Assembly (NCBI GenBank): GCA_963782115.1
Contig: CAWAIK010000003.1
Span: 320,001-384,000 of the forward strand
Length of the DNA: 64,000 nucleotides
DNA from: an uncultured Verrucomicrobiae bacterium
Lineage (GTDB): Bacteria > Verrucomicrobiota > Verrucomicrobiia > Chthoniobacterales > JAFAMB01
Direction: 5' to 3'
A program made the position numbers and the translations under genes. Of the stretch, positions 8,778-19,493 are shown piece after piece. Every line of letters begins with the position of its first letter. Position 1 is the first letter of the stretch. The notes beneath the pieces were generated by a model. It had not been told where the DNA came from and ran no database searches. It worked only from the letters and a program-made list of their open reading frames with translations.

Positions 8778-10072
8778 GTGAACGCCAGAATATGCTCGCA
8801 GATCGCATTCGACCATAGCGTGCCAATCGCCCTCTCAATCCTCGTTCTCATTTCAGGTTGTTCGCCGAAGGCTCCGGCCCCGACCGAATTGGTGCGCCCG
8901 TAAAAACGATAGTCGTGTCTGCTGGCTCGGAAACCAACGTACGGACATTTCCTGGAAGGGTTGAAGCCTCGAACAAGGTCGAGCTTGCATTCCAAGTGTC
9001 CGGATTGCTGGTCAGCTTGCCGGTCAGAGAGGGACAGCAAGTCACCACCAATGAGGTGATCGCCCAGCTTAGACAGGACGAATTCCAAGCCCGATTGAGA
9101 GCTCTACAAGGCCAGCTCGACCGGGCTCGGGCGGATCTTCAGGCTTTGCGCGCGGGCGTACGTCCCGAAGAGAGACTGCGACTGGAGGCCCAGGTCCGGG
9201 CTGCCGAGGCCAAGCTTGTGAATGCCCGGACGGAATTTGATCGCTCCACACAATTACTCCGGAACAGGACCATCTCGCGCGCGGAATTTGACCGCTCCGA
9301 AACCGGTTATACCGTGGCCCAGCAGAACTATCAGGCGGCCGTCCAGACGTTTGAGCAAGGGACGATCGCGCGTGAGGAAGACCTCCTGGCCAAGGAGGCC
9401 GAGGTCAACGGTCTCGAAGGCCAGCTGGTTGAGGCAAATCTTCAGCTCGAGGACTCTACTTTGCGCGCACCTTACGACGGCATTATCGCTCAACGGTTTG
9501 TCGAACAGGGGCAGAACATCCGCGCGAACGACCGGGTGGTGGTGTTTCAGGACGTTGACGAGATCGATATCGCCGTAGATGTCCCGGAGGCAGTCATGGC
9601 CGCCGACCTCCGCTCAGCCGACATCGTGCAGATGCTCGCGAGCTTTAATGCGGCACCCGGGCTTTTGTTTCCAGTCCATATTAAAGAGGTCGCGCAGAGA
9701 GCTGACCCCGTTACGCAGACATTCACGATCCGCGTCGGCATGAAGGCTCCTCCCGGCGTGAATTTGCTGCCTGGCATGACGGGCACCGTCACTCTCACGT
9801 ATCGCCGCGCCAGCATGCTGGGTGGCCAGATTTTGGTGCCGATGGCCGCGATAATCAAAGAGAGTACCGGAGCGGAAGTAGCATGGGCTATAGGGCCGGA
9901 TGGAAACGTGGAACGTCGCCCGGTGAAAACCGGCTCGGCCACGGGCAGCAGTATCGTGGTTTTGGAAGGACTGCAACCGGGCGAGCGTATCGCCGTGGCG
10001 GGAGTCCCGTTCCTTCGCGAGGGAATGAAGGTACGTGATCTGGGCGATCAACTTGAAAGCAATCGGCCATGA
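8778..10072 (+). CDS. RND efflux membrane-fusion protein; lipoprotein signal separated by a 1-nt frameshift near 8899
   Basis: ORF 8858..10072 has LAFQVSG, LRAPYDG, LLPGMT, GLQPGERI; upstream frame from GTG 8778 gives ..LVLISGC..ELVRP then shifts into VKTIVV. Confidence 0.8.
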
Positions 10073-13000
10073 ATCTCGGCGTCGCGTCCGTCCAAAAAAA
10101 CCGGGTCGTTTTTTTCTTCATGCTTTTCATCCTCGTGGGGGGGATATGGTCCTATCGAAATATCGGGCGGCTCGAGGATCCCGAGTTCACCATCAAGGAG
10201 GCGCTGATCATCACGCCCTACCCCGGGGCCAGCGCGGAGGAGGTCGCCCACGAGGTCACCAACCCGATCGAAAGCGCTTGTCAGCAACTTGGTCAGCTTA
10301 AGCGTGTGGATTCGGAGTCCACCCGCGGCCGGTCGCTGGTTAGTGCCATCATCAAGGACCAATATCATCGGGAATTGATCCCGCAGGTCTGGGACGAACT
10401 CCGCCGCAAAATCGCCGACGTCCAATCCAGACTGCCCCCTTCCGCACGCGGGCGCTCGGTGGTGATCGACGATTTCGGGGACGTTTACGATATCTTTCTG
10501 ACGATTACCGGAGAGGGCTTCTCCTACCCCGAGCTACGCCGCTACTCCGAGTTCCTCCGCCGCGAGCTCCAGACGGTGCAGGATGTGAAGAAAGTCGATC
10601 TTTTTGCCGAGCAGCAGGAGACGGTCTTTCTCGAAATCTCGCGGCAGCGCCTCGCGCAGCTCGGGATCAACGAAGATCAAATTTACGCCCAGCTCCAAGC
10701 GAAAAATGTCGTCGCCGATGGCGGACGGGTGCGCGTCGGCACAGAATATCCTGCGCTTGATCCAACGGGCGGCTTTCGGTCGGCCGATGAAATGCTGGAT
10801 CTGGCCATCGGATCAGATCGTACGGGCCGGCAGCTCCACCTTCGGGACGTGGCCACGCTGGAACGCAGCGACGAAGAGCCGCCACGGCGGTTGCTCAAGT
10901 TCGACGGCAAGCCGGCCATAGGCTTGGGGATTTCGACGGTGCAGGGCGGCAACGTCGTGACTATGGGTGAGGGCGTTCGGCTGAAGCTGGAGGAGTTGAA
11001 GCACAATCAGCCGATCGGGATCGAGATCGGCGAAATCAACTTCCAGTCCGAGGCGGTCACCGTCGCGACCAATGCCTTCGCTTTCAACCTGGTCAAGGCG
11101 GTCGCTATCGTATTTGTGGTGCTTCTGTTCGCGATGGGTCTGCGGGCCGGGACGATGATCGGAGTCGTGCTGCTGTTGACGATTCTGGCGACGATCATGG
11201 TGATGTATTTCAACAACATTCTGTTGGAGCGCATTTCCCTGGGTGCGTTCATCATCGCGCTCTGCATGCTCACGGATAATGCGATCGTCATCACCGAGGG
11301 AATGAAGGTCCGCATCGAGAGCGGCGAAGACAAAATCGCGGTCATTCGTGAAACGGTATCGCAGTGCCAATGGCCGCTCTTCGGGGCAACCGCCATTGCC
11401 GTGATCGCCTTTGCGGCAATCGGGCTGTCGGAGGACAATACGGGCGAGTATTGCAATTCACTTTTTTGGGTCATCTTCATCTCCCTGGCCATCAGCTGGG
11501 TCGCGGCAATTACATTCACACCGCTGCTGGGTTACCTGCTTTTCAGGCCGAACGCGGATGCGGCGAAGCGTGATCCGTACGCGGGGCGGCTTTTCGTTGC
11601 TTACCGGCGCTTCCTTGTGACTGCACTGCGCTTCCGTTGGGTGGTGCTGATTTTTTCGATTGGAATGTTCCTGGCAGCGCTCTACGGGTTCGGCCTGGTT
11701 AAGCAGAGCTTTTTCCCGCCCGCGACCCGGCCACAGTTTCTGGTGGATGTCTATCTGCCTGCAGGCACCCATATTCGCGAATCGGAGGCGTTTGCCGACA
11801 CCGTCCAGCGCTTTATTCAGAGCCAGCCCGGAGTCACCCATGTCTCGTCTTTCATCGGAGGCGGCGGTCTCCGCTTCCTGCTCGTCTATAATCCGGAAAG
11901 GAACAACCGAGCCTACGTAGAGTTTCTGGTTAATGTGAATGACGAACACAAGATCGACGGGCTGCAGACCACTGTTCAGAAGTACCTCGACGAGAATCAC
12001 CCGAACGCCAATGCCATCGCCAAGAAGTTTCTCCTGGGTCCCGGTCAGGGCGGCCGGATTCAGGCAAGATTCAGCGGTCCCGAGCCTGACCAGCTGCGCG
12101 CGCTCGCCGACGAGGCGGTCAATATCATCCGCGATGATGGGGGCGCCATTTGCGTGCGGCATGACTGGCGGGAACGTGAAACAGTGGTTCGCCCCCGCCT
12201 GCTCGAACAGCCCGCGCTACGGAACGGGATCACCCGGGTGGAAGTAGCACAGGCCCTGGAAACCGGATTCGACGGACGCACCGTAGGCTTCTATCGAGAG
12301 CCGGGAGATGTTGGCACCGGAGTGTACCCGCAGGAGTCCCGGCTGCTGCCGATCGTTGCCCGTCCGCCACTTGCCGAGCGCAACGACGTCAACCAGGTCC
12401 ACAGCCTGCAGATCTGGAGCCCGGTTGCGGGGCGAATGATCCCTCTCAGCCAGGTAGCCGCGGGCACCGAGGTTGCCTGGGAAGACCCCGTAGTGATGCG
12501 CCGCGACCGCTTTCCGACTATAACCGTCCATGCTGATCCACGTACCGGATTGCCTAGCGAACTGTTCAACCGTGTGCGGCCCGCCATCGAGAAAATCAAA
12601 CTGCTCCCTGGCTACTCACTGGAATGGGGCGGTGAGTACGAGGATTCCCGCGACGCTCGCGCCGCCCTGGCCAGGCCGCTTCCACTCGCGGTGGTGCTCA
12701 TGGTGCTCATCGTGGTGTGGATCTTCAACTCGACCCGCGCGACTCTGGTGATCTGCCTCACGGTCCCGCTGGCTATCATCGGTGTGACGGCAGGGCTACT
12801 CCTCACGGGACAACCTTTTGGCTTCATGGCCCTGCTAGGGGCGATCGCTTTGGCCGGCGAACAGATTAAAAACTCCATTGTCCTCGTGGATGAATTTAAA
12901 ACCCAGAGATTCGACCTCGGCAAACCAACTTACGAAGCGATTGTCACAGGCAGCGTAAGCCGGTTGCGGCCGGTAATGCTTGTTGCCGTCACCACGGTAC

Positions 13001-13164
13001 TTGGCATGATCCCGCTCCTCCAGGATCCCTTCTTCTCGGCCATGGCAGTGACCATTATGTTCGGTCTCGCATTTGCTTGCTTCCTGACAATGATTGTCGT
13101 GCCTGTGCTTTACGCCATTTTCTTCAAGGCCCACGAACCATCCGGGTTTCCAGGCGGCAGTTGA
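10069..13164 (+). CDS. RND efflux permease (AcrB/AcrD/AcrF family)
   Basis: 1031 aa; GRLEDPEFTIK, YPGASAEEV, DNAIV, SRLRPVML, 12 TM pattern; ATGA overlap with MFP. Confidence 0.93.
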   Translation: MNLGVASVQKNRVVFFFMLFILVGGIWSYRNIGRLEDPEFTIKEALIITPYPGASAEEVAHEVTNPIESACQQLGQLKRVDSESTRGRSLVSAIIKDQYHRELIPQVWDELRRKIADVQSRLPPSARGRSVVIDDFGDVYDIFLTITGEGFSYPELRRYSEFLRRELQTVQDVKKVDLFAEQQETVFLEISRQRLAQLGINEDQIYAQLQAKNVVADGGRVRVGTEYPALDPTGGFRSADEMLDLAIGSDRTGRQLHLRDVATLERSDEEPPRRLLKFDGKPAIGLGISTVQGGNVVTMGEGVRLKLEELKHNQPIGIEIGEINFQSEAVTVATNAFAFNLVKAVAIVFVVLLFAMGLRAGTMIGVVLLLTILATIMVMYFNNILLERISLGAFIIALCMLTDNAIVITEGMKVRIESGEDKIAVIRETVSQCQWPLFGATAIAVIAFAAIGLSEDNTGEYCNSLFWVIFISLAISWVAAITFTPLLGYLLFRPNADAAKRDPYAGRLFVAYRRFLVTALRFRWVVLIFSIGMFLAALYGFGLVKQSFFPPATRPQFLVDVYLPAGTHIRESEAFADTVQRFIQSQPGVTHVSSFIGGGGLRFLLVYNPERNNRAYVEFLVNVNDEHKIDGLQTTVQKYLDENHPNANAIAKKFLLGPGQGGRIQARFSGPEPDQLRALADEAVNIIRDDGGAICVRHDWRERETVVRPRLLEQPALRNGITRVEVAQALETGFDGRTVGFYREPGDVGTGVYPQESRLLPIVARPPLAERNDVNQVHSLQIWSPVAGRMIPLSQVAAGTEVAWEDPVVMRRDRFPTITVHADPRTGLPSELFNRVRPAIEKIKLLPGYSLEWGGEYEDSRDARAALARPLPLAVVLMVLIVVWIFNSTRATLVICLTVPLAIIGVTAGLLLTGQPFGFMALLGAIALAGEQIKNSIVLVDEFKTQRFDLGKPTYEAIVTGSVSRLRPVMLVAVTTVLGMIPLLQDPFFSAMAVTIMFGLAFACFLTMIVVPVLYAIFFKAHEPSGFPGGS

Positions 13165-13273
13165 TGTGACAATCTGCCATTCATAAGCGGCTCTCACCGC
13201 TCTACTTTGTCAAATGCGCGGGTTGCGCGAACGATATCCATCGGCATGAAACAGCTGCCACTTTGGAACGAAG

Positions 13274-14632
13274 ATGAATACCAAATCAGGTAGTTCCTGG
13301 CGGGGCGGACACTGGTTTTTGGGCGCTGTGATTGTTGCCTGCCTGCTCCTTGCAGGCCGCCCCGCGAGTGCGCAGTCTGCCACCAAGCCGGCGGCCACTG
13401 CACTGCCACTGAACATCCAGTCGAGCTCCGACCCGTCCATGCACACGATCGAATCGTCCAACCTTGACGCCGATTTTTCGCCGGGTGAAAAAACGACCAA
13501 TGCCCCTGCTGAACTCGATGAAATTAACGCTTTGCACGACGGCTATCTGAATTCCACCGGCATAGATGGGCCGCTCGATCTTCTCGCAATTCCTTTAAGA
13601 TCGCTTTATGAAGCGACGGGACTGCGGCTCGGCGCTGCCAACACCATGCTCTTCATGGACCCCATCGGAGGCCAGAGTTCCAAATACGGCGCGGCCTACG
13701 ATCTCGACGTCATCTCGTCATGGACGCTTATCGGGCGAGGCACCGAAGATACCGGACGGCTTGTCGCTACTTTCGAATACCGGGAAAGAATCGGTGACCA
13801 GCCGCCGTCAGCCCTTGGTGCGCAGATGGGAACACTTGTCGCTCCCACGGGCGCATTTAACGATCGCCGAGCAGTCGTCCGTGACCTGTATTGGGTCCAG
13901 AGACTCTTCGATGCGCGGCTCCGCATTCTCATTGGCCGCGCTGACCCATCCGATTACTTCGGAGCCATTTGGTTGGGAAATGTCAACAACTCGTTCGTCA
14001 ACCGGAGCTTTTCGGCGAACCCCGCCATCCCTTTTCCAGGTCACGGTCCGATGCTCGGTTTCTCGATCCGCCCGACCGACCTTTTTTATGTCACTGCCGG
14101 CGCGAGCAACGCTTACAGCCGGACCACCCTGGTTGAGATTAACTCCCTCTTCGATGAATGGGACCTCTTCGAGTTCGGTGAGGTTGGCTATACACCGACT
14201 TTCGCAGGGCTTGGGGAAGGTCGATACTCCATTGGGCTGTGGCACATGGACGCACGGAAAAAGTTGGCGTTGCCTGAGGACGAAGGGATGACGGTCATCC
14301 TTAATCAAAACCTTGGCGATACACTTCAAGTCTTCGCTCGGTATGCCTACTCTGACGGGACCCTCACGAATGTGCGGCAAATCGCACAAGCGGGCCTGGG
14401 AATCAGTGGCTTGCTCGGCAGGAAGGATGACCTTACGGGCGCCGCCTTTTCCGTCAACATCCCACGTAGCAGCGCCTCTCGGACGGAAACCGTCCTCGAA
14501 GTCTTCCATCGCTTTCAGGTAAGCAATCATAACCAGTTCTCGCTGGGCCTCCAGCTCATTGCCAACCCAGGGAACGCCACGGAAAATGAGACTGCCGGCG
14601 TATTCTACGCCCGGTGGCGTATTTCTTTCTGA
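13274..14632 (+). CDS. Carbohydrate-selective porin (OprB family)
   Basis: Signal peptide, LYWVQRLFD..GRADPSDYF, ETVLEVFHRFQV, C-terminal aromatic ..RWRISF. Confidence 0.75.
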   Translation: MNTKSGSSWRGGHWFLGAVIVACLLLAGRPASAQSATKPAATALPLNIQSSSDPSMHTIESSNLDADFSPGEKTTNAPAELDEINALHDGYLNSTGIDGPLDLLAIPLRSLYEATGLRLGAANTMLFMDPIGGQSSKYGAAYDLDVISSWTLIGRGTEDTGRLVATFEYRERIGDQPPSALGAQMGTLVAPTGAFNDRRAVVRDLYWVQRLFDARLRILIGRADPSDYFGAIWLGNVNNSFVNRSFSANPAIPFPGHGPMLGFSIRPTDLFYVTAGASNAYSRTTLVEINSLFDEWDLFEFGEVGYTPTFAGLGEGRYSIGLWHMDARKKLALPEDEGMTVILNQNLGDTLQVFARYAYSDGTLTNVRQIAQAGLGISGLLGRKDDLTGAAFSVNIPRSSASRTETVLEVFHRFQVSNHNQFSLGLQLIANPGNATENETAGVFYARWRISF

Positions 14633-14655
14633 GTCCGGTCACGGTTCCTTCGGGG

Positions 14656-14730
14656 TTCGGCGTTCAACGTTCAACGTTCAACGTTCAACGTCCGAACGCC
14701 GAACGCCGACGCTGAACGTTGAACGCTGAA
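14656..14730. repeat. Heptamer (CGTTCAA) tandem array inside an imperfect hairpin
   Basis: cgttcaa x4, then gaacgcc variants, ending in inverted cgttgaacgctgaa (13/14 match to 14656-14669). Confidence 0.6.
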
Positions 14731-14925
14731 ATATCCAGAAAAAGCTTGCACGAAATCTTCGTATGGCTAGGCATACTAACCTCACGCTTCGGCAGTCGCG
14801 TTACGACAGTCACCGGGCTGGCTGTTTCGGGACCCCTGCCCGGACTGAACGACGTGAACCTAATTGTCATAAACGCCCTACAGTCGTCTACTCGGCGACC
14901 GTAGATTAACACCCCACTTCCAGCA

Positions 14926-15636
14926 ATGAATACAGAAAACTATTCCAGACGCCGATTTGTACGGCATGGTCTTACCTTGGCCGGAGTCACCTTTGCGTGG
15001 AGCACATTCCGGTCGAATAGTTCGGCTCGTCAGGTGAAAACAGGACAACCAGCGAGTCCGGACGAAGCGCTCGCTGAATTGTCAGCCGGGAGCAAACGTT
15101 ACGTAACGGGGCAGAACATTCACCATGACTTCGGGCCGGAACGCCCAGCACTCGCGCAAAGCCAGCATCCGTTCGCGATTATACTAGGGTGCGCCGATTC
15201 ACGTGTTGCGCCCGAGTTGGCGTTCGACCAGTCGCGCGGCCGACTGTTCGTGGTCCGTGTGGCCGGCAACTTTGTCGACGACAATGGGCTCGCCAGCATC
15301 GAATTCGGAGCAAGCGTGCTGGGCGCCTTTTTGATCATGGTCTTGGGCCACAACGAATGCGGGGCCTTAAAAGCTGCGGTCGATGTCGTCACAAAAAACG
15401 CGCAGCTTCCGGGACACCTGCCAGGACTCGTAGCGCACCTGAAAGCGCCAGTTGAGAAAGCTCAAAAGGAGACCGGATCGCTCGTCGATAATGCGATCCG
15501 CGAGAATGTTCTCCTTAACGTTGAAACTTTACGCAACTCCGAGCCGGTCCTTGCTGGTCTGGTCAAACAAAATCGGCTGCGCGTCGTTGGTGGCCTATAT
15601 GATCTCGCAACCGGCCGCGTGGAAGTTCTCAGTTAG
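14926..15636 (+). CDS. Beta-carbonic anhydrase with Tat signal
   Basis: SRRRFVR; GCADSRV, VRVAGN, LGHNECGA zinc ligands. Confidence 0.92.
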   Translation: MNTENYSRRRFVRHGLTLAGVTFAWSTFRSNSSARQVKTGQPASPDEALAELSAGSKRYVTGQNIHHDFGPERPALAQSQHPFAIILGCADSRVAPELAFDQSRGRLFVVRVAGNFVDDNGLASIEFGASVLGAFLIMVLGHNECGALKAAVDVVTKNAQLPGHLPGLVAHLKAPVEKAQKETGSLVDNAIRENVLLNVETLRNSEPVLAGLVKQNRLRVVGGLYDLATGRVEVLS

Positions 15637-15839
15637 TTTCCACTCAGACGTGGTAACGCCGTAACACCTATGCAGCCCAGAACTTTAAATTGATTCCGTC
15701 ACGAGGTCGTGCGCCAGCTGTCGGTTGTCAGTTGTCAGTGTCAGTTCCCAGTGGGGACTCGAGCGTTGGTGGTTGTGTGCATTTCGAATGAGAGGCACCC
15801 GGCAACGAAAGTTTTCTCGTCAACACTTCGGTGGAGTGA

Positions 15840-16154
15840 TCAGGGCTTCGACTTGCGACGCTGACTTCCCGCGTTTTTTGCTCTGGACCTTGCAACGATC
15901 CGCCACAGGAAGATCACTACCAGCGAGCCGACGAAGGCGGCGATGAGATCCTCAAAGGTGACCTTCAGCTCTCCGAGGCCGAAGTCGATTCTGAACAGTT
16001 TGAACAGCTCGCCGCCGATCACTGCGCCGATCATGCCCACCAGGAGGTTTGCCCAGCGGCCCAAGCCTTCCTTTTTGAAAGTGACAGCGCGCCCCGCGAG
16101 CGTTCCGGCGAAGCCTCCGACAATGATCCATACGATGATTTGGCCGATGTTCAT
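15840..16154 (-). CDS. GlsB/YeaQ/YmgE (transglycosylase-associated) membrane protein
   Basis: IIVWIIVGGFAGTLA..NLLVGMIGAVIGG..AFVGSLVV. Confidence 0.8.
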   Translation of the reverse strand: MNIGQIIVWIIVGGFAGTLAGRAVTFKKEGLGRWANLLVGMIGAVIGGELFKLFRIDFGLGELKVTFEDLIAAFVGSLVVIFLWRIVARSRAKNAGSQRRKSKP

Positions 16155-16317
16155 ATGTTGGATGCCACACTTGATGCCGTGAGCCAACAGGAAGTGTTTT
16201 TGGCAATTCTGTCGGCTACATGCTTAGCAAGATCGATATTGAAACTACAGACTGTGAAGAAGTCCAGTGCAGTTTGACCGCACCCCAGCTTTCCTATAAT
16301 CGACTCAACGAGCGCGC

Positions 16318-18072
16318 GTGCACAAATTAAACTGGCAATTAACCGGGTTAACCCTGTTCAGCTGTGCTGCCATTTTCGCCGGTTGCTCGACCACCGAAAA
16401 AGAAGCACAACTTCCGCCTCTCATTCGCGCGGAACGTCAGCTGGCAAAAGCTGAGAGAATAAGGTCAGATCCCCTAGAGAAGCTGGCGGAAATTCTTCCC
16501 GTCGCGAGAGCCCTCACGATTGAAATCCGCAAAACATCCGGAGTGGCTGACAAAGAAGCATCGATTAGGATTTACAATCGCGCGGCGGTTGATTTAGCTG
16601 CCGAACTACCTCAAATAAATCAATATCGCGGTTCTCCTGGACCGTTTACCATTCGAAATCGTCACACTGGTGAAATCTTTCGGCTTCGACTAGCGTCGGC
16701 GAATCGCGCAGCATATCCTTCGACATATTTTCAGAAGCTTCTAGATGCTCGGAAGCTGCGAGTCAGGAGGCGGGAAGAAGCCGTTGTAACTCCGGGCCTG
16801 GGAGGAACACTCGTTGGTGTTCATCGTAGCGTCCCCCCTGGCTCGCCGCCGCCGAGGTTCGAACCGCCCAGCGGTTATCGGGTTCCGGTAACTTCGATTG
16901 TCGACTTTGGTCGCCCCAGTAATGAGGCGCCGGTCGAAGCCCGCCTCCGCCTCCTTAACCCTCTCCATCAGAATATGGTTGAAATTGGCGGCCAGCGTTT
17001 TCCACTGGCCGCGAATTTTTCAGCGCCTTTATTGTCTTACGGCCGTTTGAACGAGCTCTGGCTCGGATTCATCAACATGATTCGGGGCGAAAACATGCGG
17101 AGTGCTACCGGCCTCCTGCTGCCTCAACCGTATGATCCCAATCGGACACCCGTTATTTTTGTTCATGGACTTCTCTCTTCAAAATATATCTGGCGAAAAA
17201 CTGCTTTGGCTCTCTTACAAGATCCAGAGATTCGGCGGCGCTACCAGTTTTGGGTATTTTCCTATCCGACCGGCAACCCTATCTCTTTTTCCGCCTTAAA
17301 TTTGCGAGAAGACCTGGCGTTCGCGCAAAAGCGCTTCGGTCTGAAGGACGGCGTTGTACTGATAGGTCACAGCATGGGAGGTTTGCTTTCCCGGATGCAG
17401 GTTACCAATTCCGGAAGAACGATCTGGAATGCAGCCTTAGGCCCAAGGGCTCAGGAGCTCTACTTGCGGATTCCGAATGATTCTCGGATCAAGCGAGCTC
17501 TAATTTTTCAGGCAAATCCGGCGATCAACCGAGTTATCTTTATTGCCACGCCACACCGCGGAAGCCGCCTGGCTGTGGGCGGAATCGGTGCGCTTGCTAT
17601 CTGGCTAATCCGGTTACCCTTAGATCTATGGCATGAGATTTCGGAAACGATTGCTGACGCCTTAGACCTTAAAGGCAACCATACGATCATTCCGACCAGC
17701 ATCCACGGGCTCTCGCCAAATTCGCCGCTGTTGCATGCGCTCGATCGGCTTCCAATCCAGGCAGTCCATCATTCAATCATCGGTGATCGCGGACGGGGTG
17801 ACACTCCAAACAGCTCGGACGGAGTCGTGCCCTACTCGAGTTCTCACCTCGCTTCAGCCCAGTCCGAAAAGATTGTACCGAGCGGGCACGAAGCGATGGA
17901 TGATCCGAACGCAGTCGAAGAGATTCGCCGGATCTTGCTCTTGAACCTCGGCATCCGCGAAAATCGGCCTTCAACAGCAAGCGTGAGGATGGAATTCTTC
18001 CGGCACTCGTGCCACATCAGGACTCGGGACACGGCGAATTCGCCGGGTGGAGCGTCCAGCAAACAGGAGTGA
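16318..18072 (+). CDS. Alpha/beta-hydrolase lipoprotein (esterase/lipase family)
   Basis: Lipobox FAGC; FVHGL, GHSMGG nucleophile, ATPHRGS, SDGVVPY. Confidence 0.85.
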   Translation: MHKLNWQLTGLTLFSCAAIFAGCSTTEKEAQLPPLIRAERQLAKAERIRSDPLEKLAEILPVARALTIEIRKTSGVADKEASIRIYNRAAVDLAAELPQINQYRGSPGPFTIRNRHTGEIFRLRLASANRAAYPSTYFQKLLDARKLRVRRREEAVVTPGLGGTLVGVHRSVPPGSPPPRFEPPSGYRVPVTSIVDFGRPSNEAPVEARLRLLNPLHQNMVEIGGQRFPLAANFSAPLLSYGRLNELWLGFINMIRGENMRSATGLLLPQPYDPNRTPVIFVHGLLSSKYIWRKTALALLQDPEIRRRYQFWVFSYPTGNPISFSALNLREDLAFAQKRFGLKDGVVLIGHSMGGLLSRMQVTNSGRTIWNAALGPRAQELYLRIPNDSRIKRALIFQANPAINRVIFIATPHRGSRLAVGGIGALAIWLIRLPLDLWHEISETIADALDLKGNHTIIPTSIHGLSPNSPLLHALDRLPIQAVHHSIIGDRGRGDTPNSSDGVVPYSSSHLASAQSEKIVPSGHEAMDDPNAVEEIRRILLLNLGIRENRPSTASVRMEFFRHSCHIRTRDTANSPGGASSKQE

Positions 18073-18214
18073 CCACTATCAGTCTTTATTGCGGGACTCT
18101 GCTGTCCGAAATAATTGGTGACAATTACGGATGACGTTGGCGGCGGAAGCTCGGTCCGTTCTGGGGCCCGTACAAGGCCGAACGCATTTTATTGGCTAAC
18201 CCCCGGCTAAAGCC

Positions 18215-18641
18215 TGGTATGTGTTAGCGCGATGTATCCGGAAGGACCGAGGACGAGTTCATGGGGAGACGATTACGATTTCAGAACGAGTGCGAGAGAA
18301 GAGAAGGAGAACTTGGAACTCGAACTCCGGTTCCCTGCGCTGATCTATCTAGATGTGGCTCCACGGGTAGGCCGTATCTATCGAAAGAACTGTCTTTGTG
18401 ACCTTTGTGATCTGTGCAAATGATTTTTCTTCGTCCCCCCGGCACTAAGACAGAAAAAAAGCAAAAGTCATTTTTGAACAGAAGATCGCAAAGATCACAA
18501 AGAGTCACTGTCTTTTAAGAGCTATCGGAGGCACCTGGGCCTGCGTTGTCTAAATCGCGATCAGCAAGAACGAAACGCTCATTAATCCCCACTTGTCCTC
18601 TTGTTCTGAAATCGTAATCATCGGCGTTCTCGACTTCTATG
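18215..18641. repeat. Dispersed ~430-bp non-coding repeat, copy 1 (MITE-like)
   Basis: Inverted copy at 54573-55114; perfect 17-bp IR gattacgatttcagaac (18271-18287) / gttctgaaatcgtaatc (18603-18619). Confidence 0.8.
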
Positions 18642-18700
18642 TGGACCCAAATATTATCCTTGTTGATCGATAGGTGGGTCGTCTAGACCATTTTTCAACT

Positions 18701-19225
18701 ATGAACAGCAAAAGTCGCGGCTGGCTTATCACTGGCTCCATTCTCTCTATCATCGTTGGGCTTCTGGCTCTGAGTTCCCCGCTGCTATTCTCCTTTCTCA
18801 TCGTGCAGCTTCTTGGTGTATTTGCCTTGGTCAGCGGCGTGATCTCCCTATTGACTGCCATTTTTGACAAAGACGTTGCTCCGCGCGGACTCAACGCCGT
18901 TTTCGCACTGGTTCGAATCGGCGCGGGACTGGCTTTGCTCTCTTGTGTCCGCTCCGGGTTGAATCTGATCATGCTTGTCTTCGCCGTCTATTTGATCGTC
19001 GAAGGCATTTTCGACATCTTCGGCGCGCTCAAGATGCGAGAGCAAAGGGGCCGGATTTTCATGCTGATCAATGGCGTGGTCACGATCGTGCTGGGCCTGA
19101 TGGTTTACGCTCACTGGCCTTGGGGTTCCGCCTGGGTTCTGGGGCTATTTTTCGGCATCAACTTACTTTTTAATGGCTTTTCGCAGTTAATGCTCGGTCT
19201 CTCCGGTTCGACCACCGTAGCATGA
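18701..19225 (+). CDS. HdeD/DUF308 acid-resistance membrane protein
   Basis: GWLITGSILSIIVGLLAL..P, HWPWGSAWVLGLFFGINLLFNG. Confidence 0.82.
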   Translation: MNSKSRGWLITGSILSIIVGLLALSSPLLFSFLIVQLLGVFALVSGVISLLTAIFDKDVAPRGLNAVFALVRIGAGLALLSCVRSGLNLIMLVFAVYLIVEGIFDIFGALKMREQRGRIFMLINGVVTIVLGLMVYAHWPWGSAWVLGLFFGINLLFNGFSQLMLGLSGSTTVA

Positions 19226-19493
19226 TCCCTGCTTTGCGATGGCTCATCCCACTGGAATGCCAACGCAAGACGTCTCAACAGCGTCGAGCCGCGTTGTTCC
19301 GATTGCCGGAATCACTGAAAGTGACTCTAACCATCTTCGTAACATTCGGGTCTCAAAATACAATGGGCGAGAGTTACTGGGGTTGCGGGCTAGTGTCCGG
19401 TGCAAAGTATTAACGAGCGTTCGCGAACCGCTCGCTAAAGTACGGCCGGATTCATCCTGCAGCATATAAACAAATGAGAGATGGGTGGACGTA

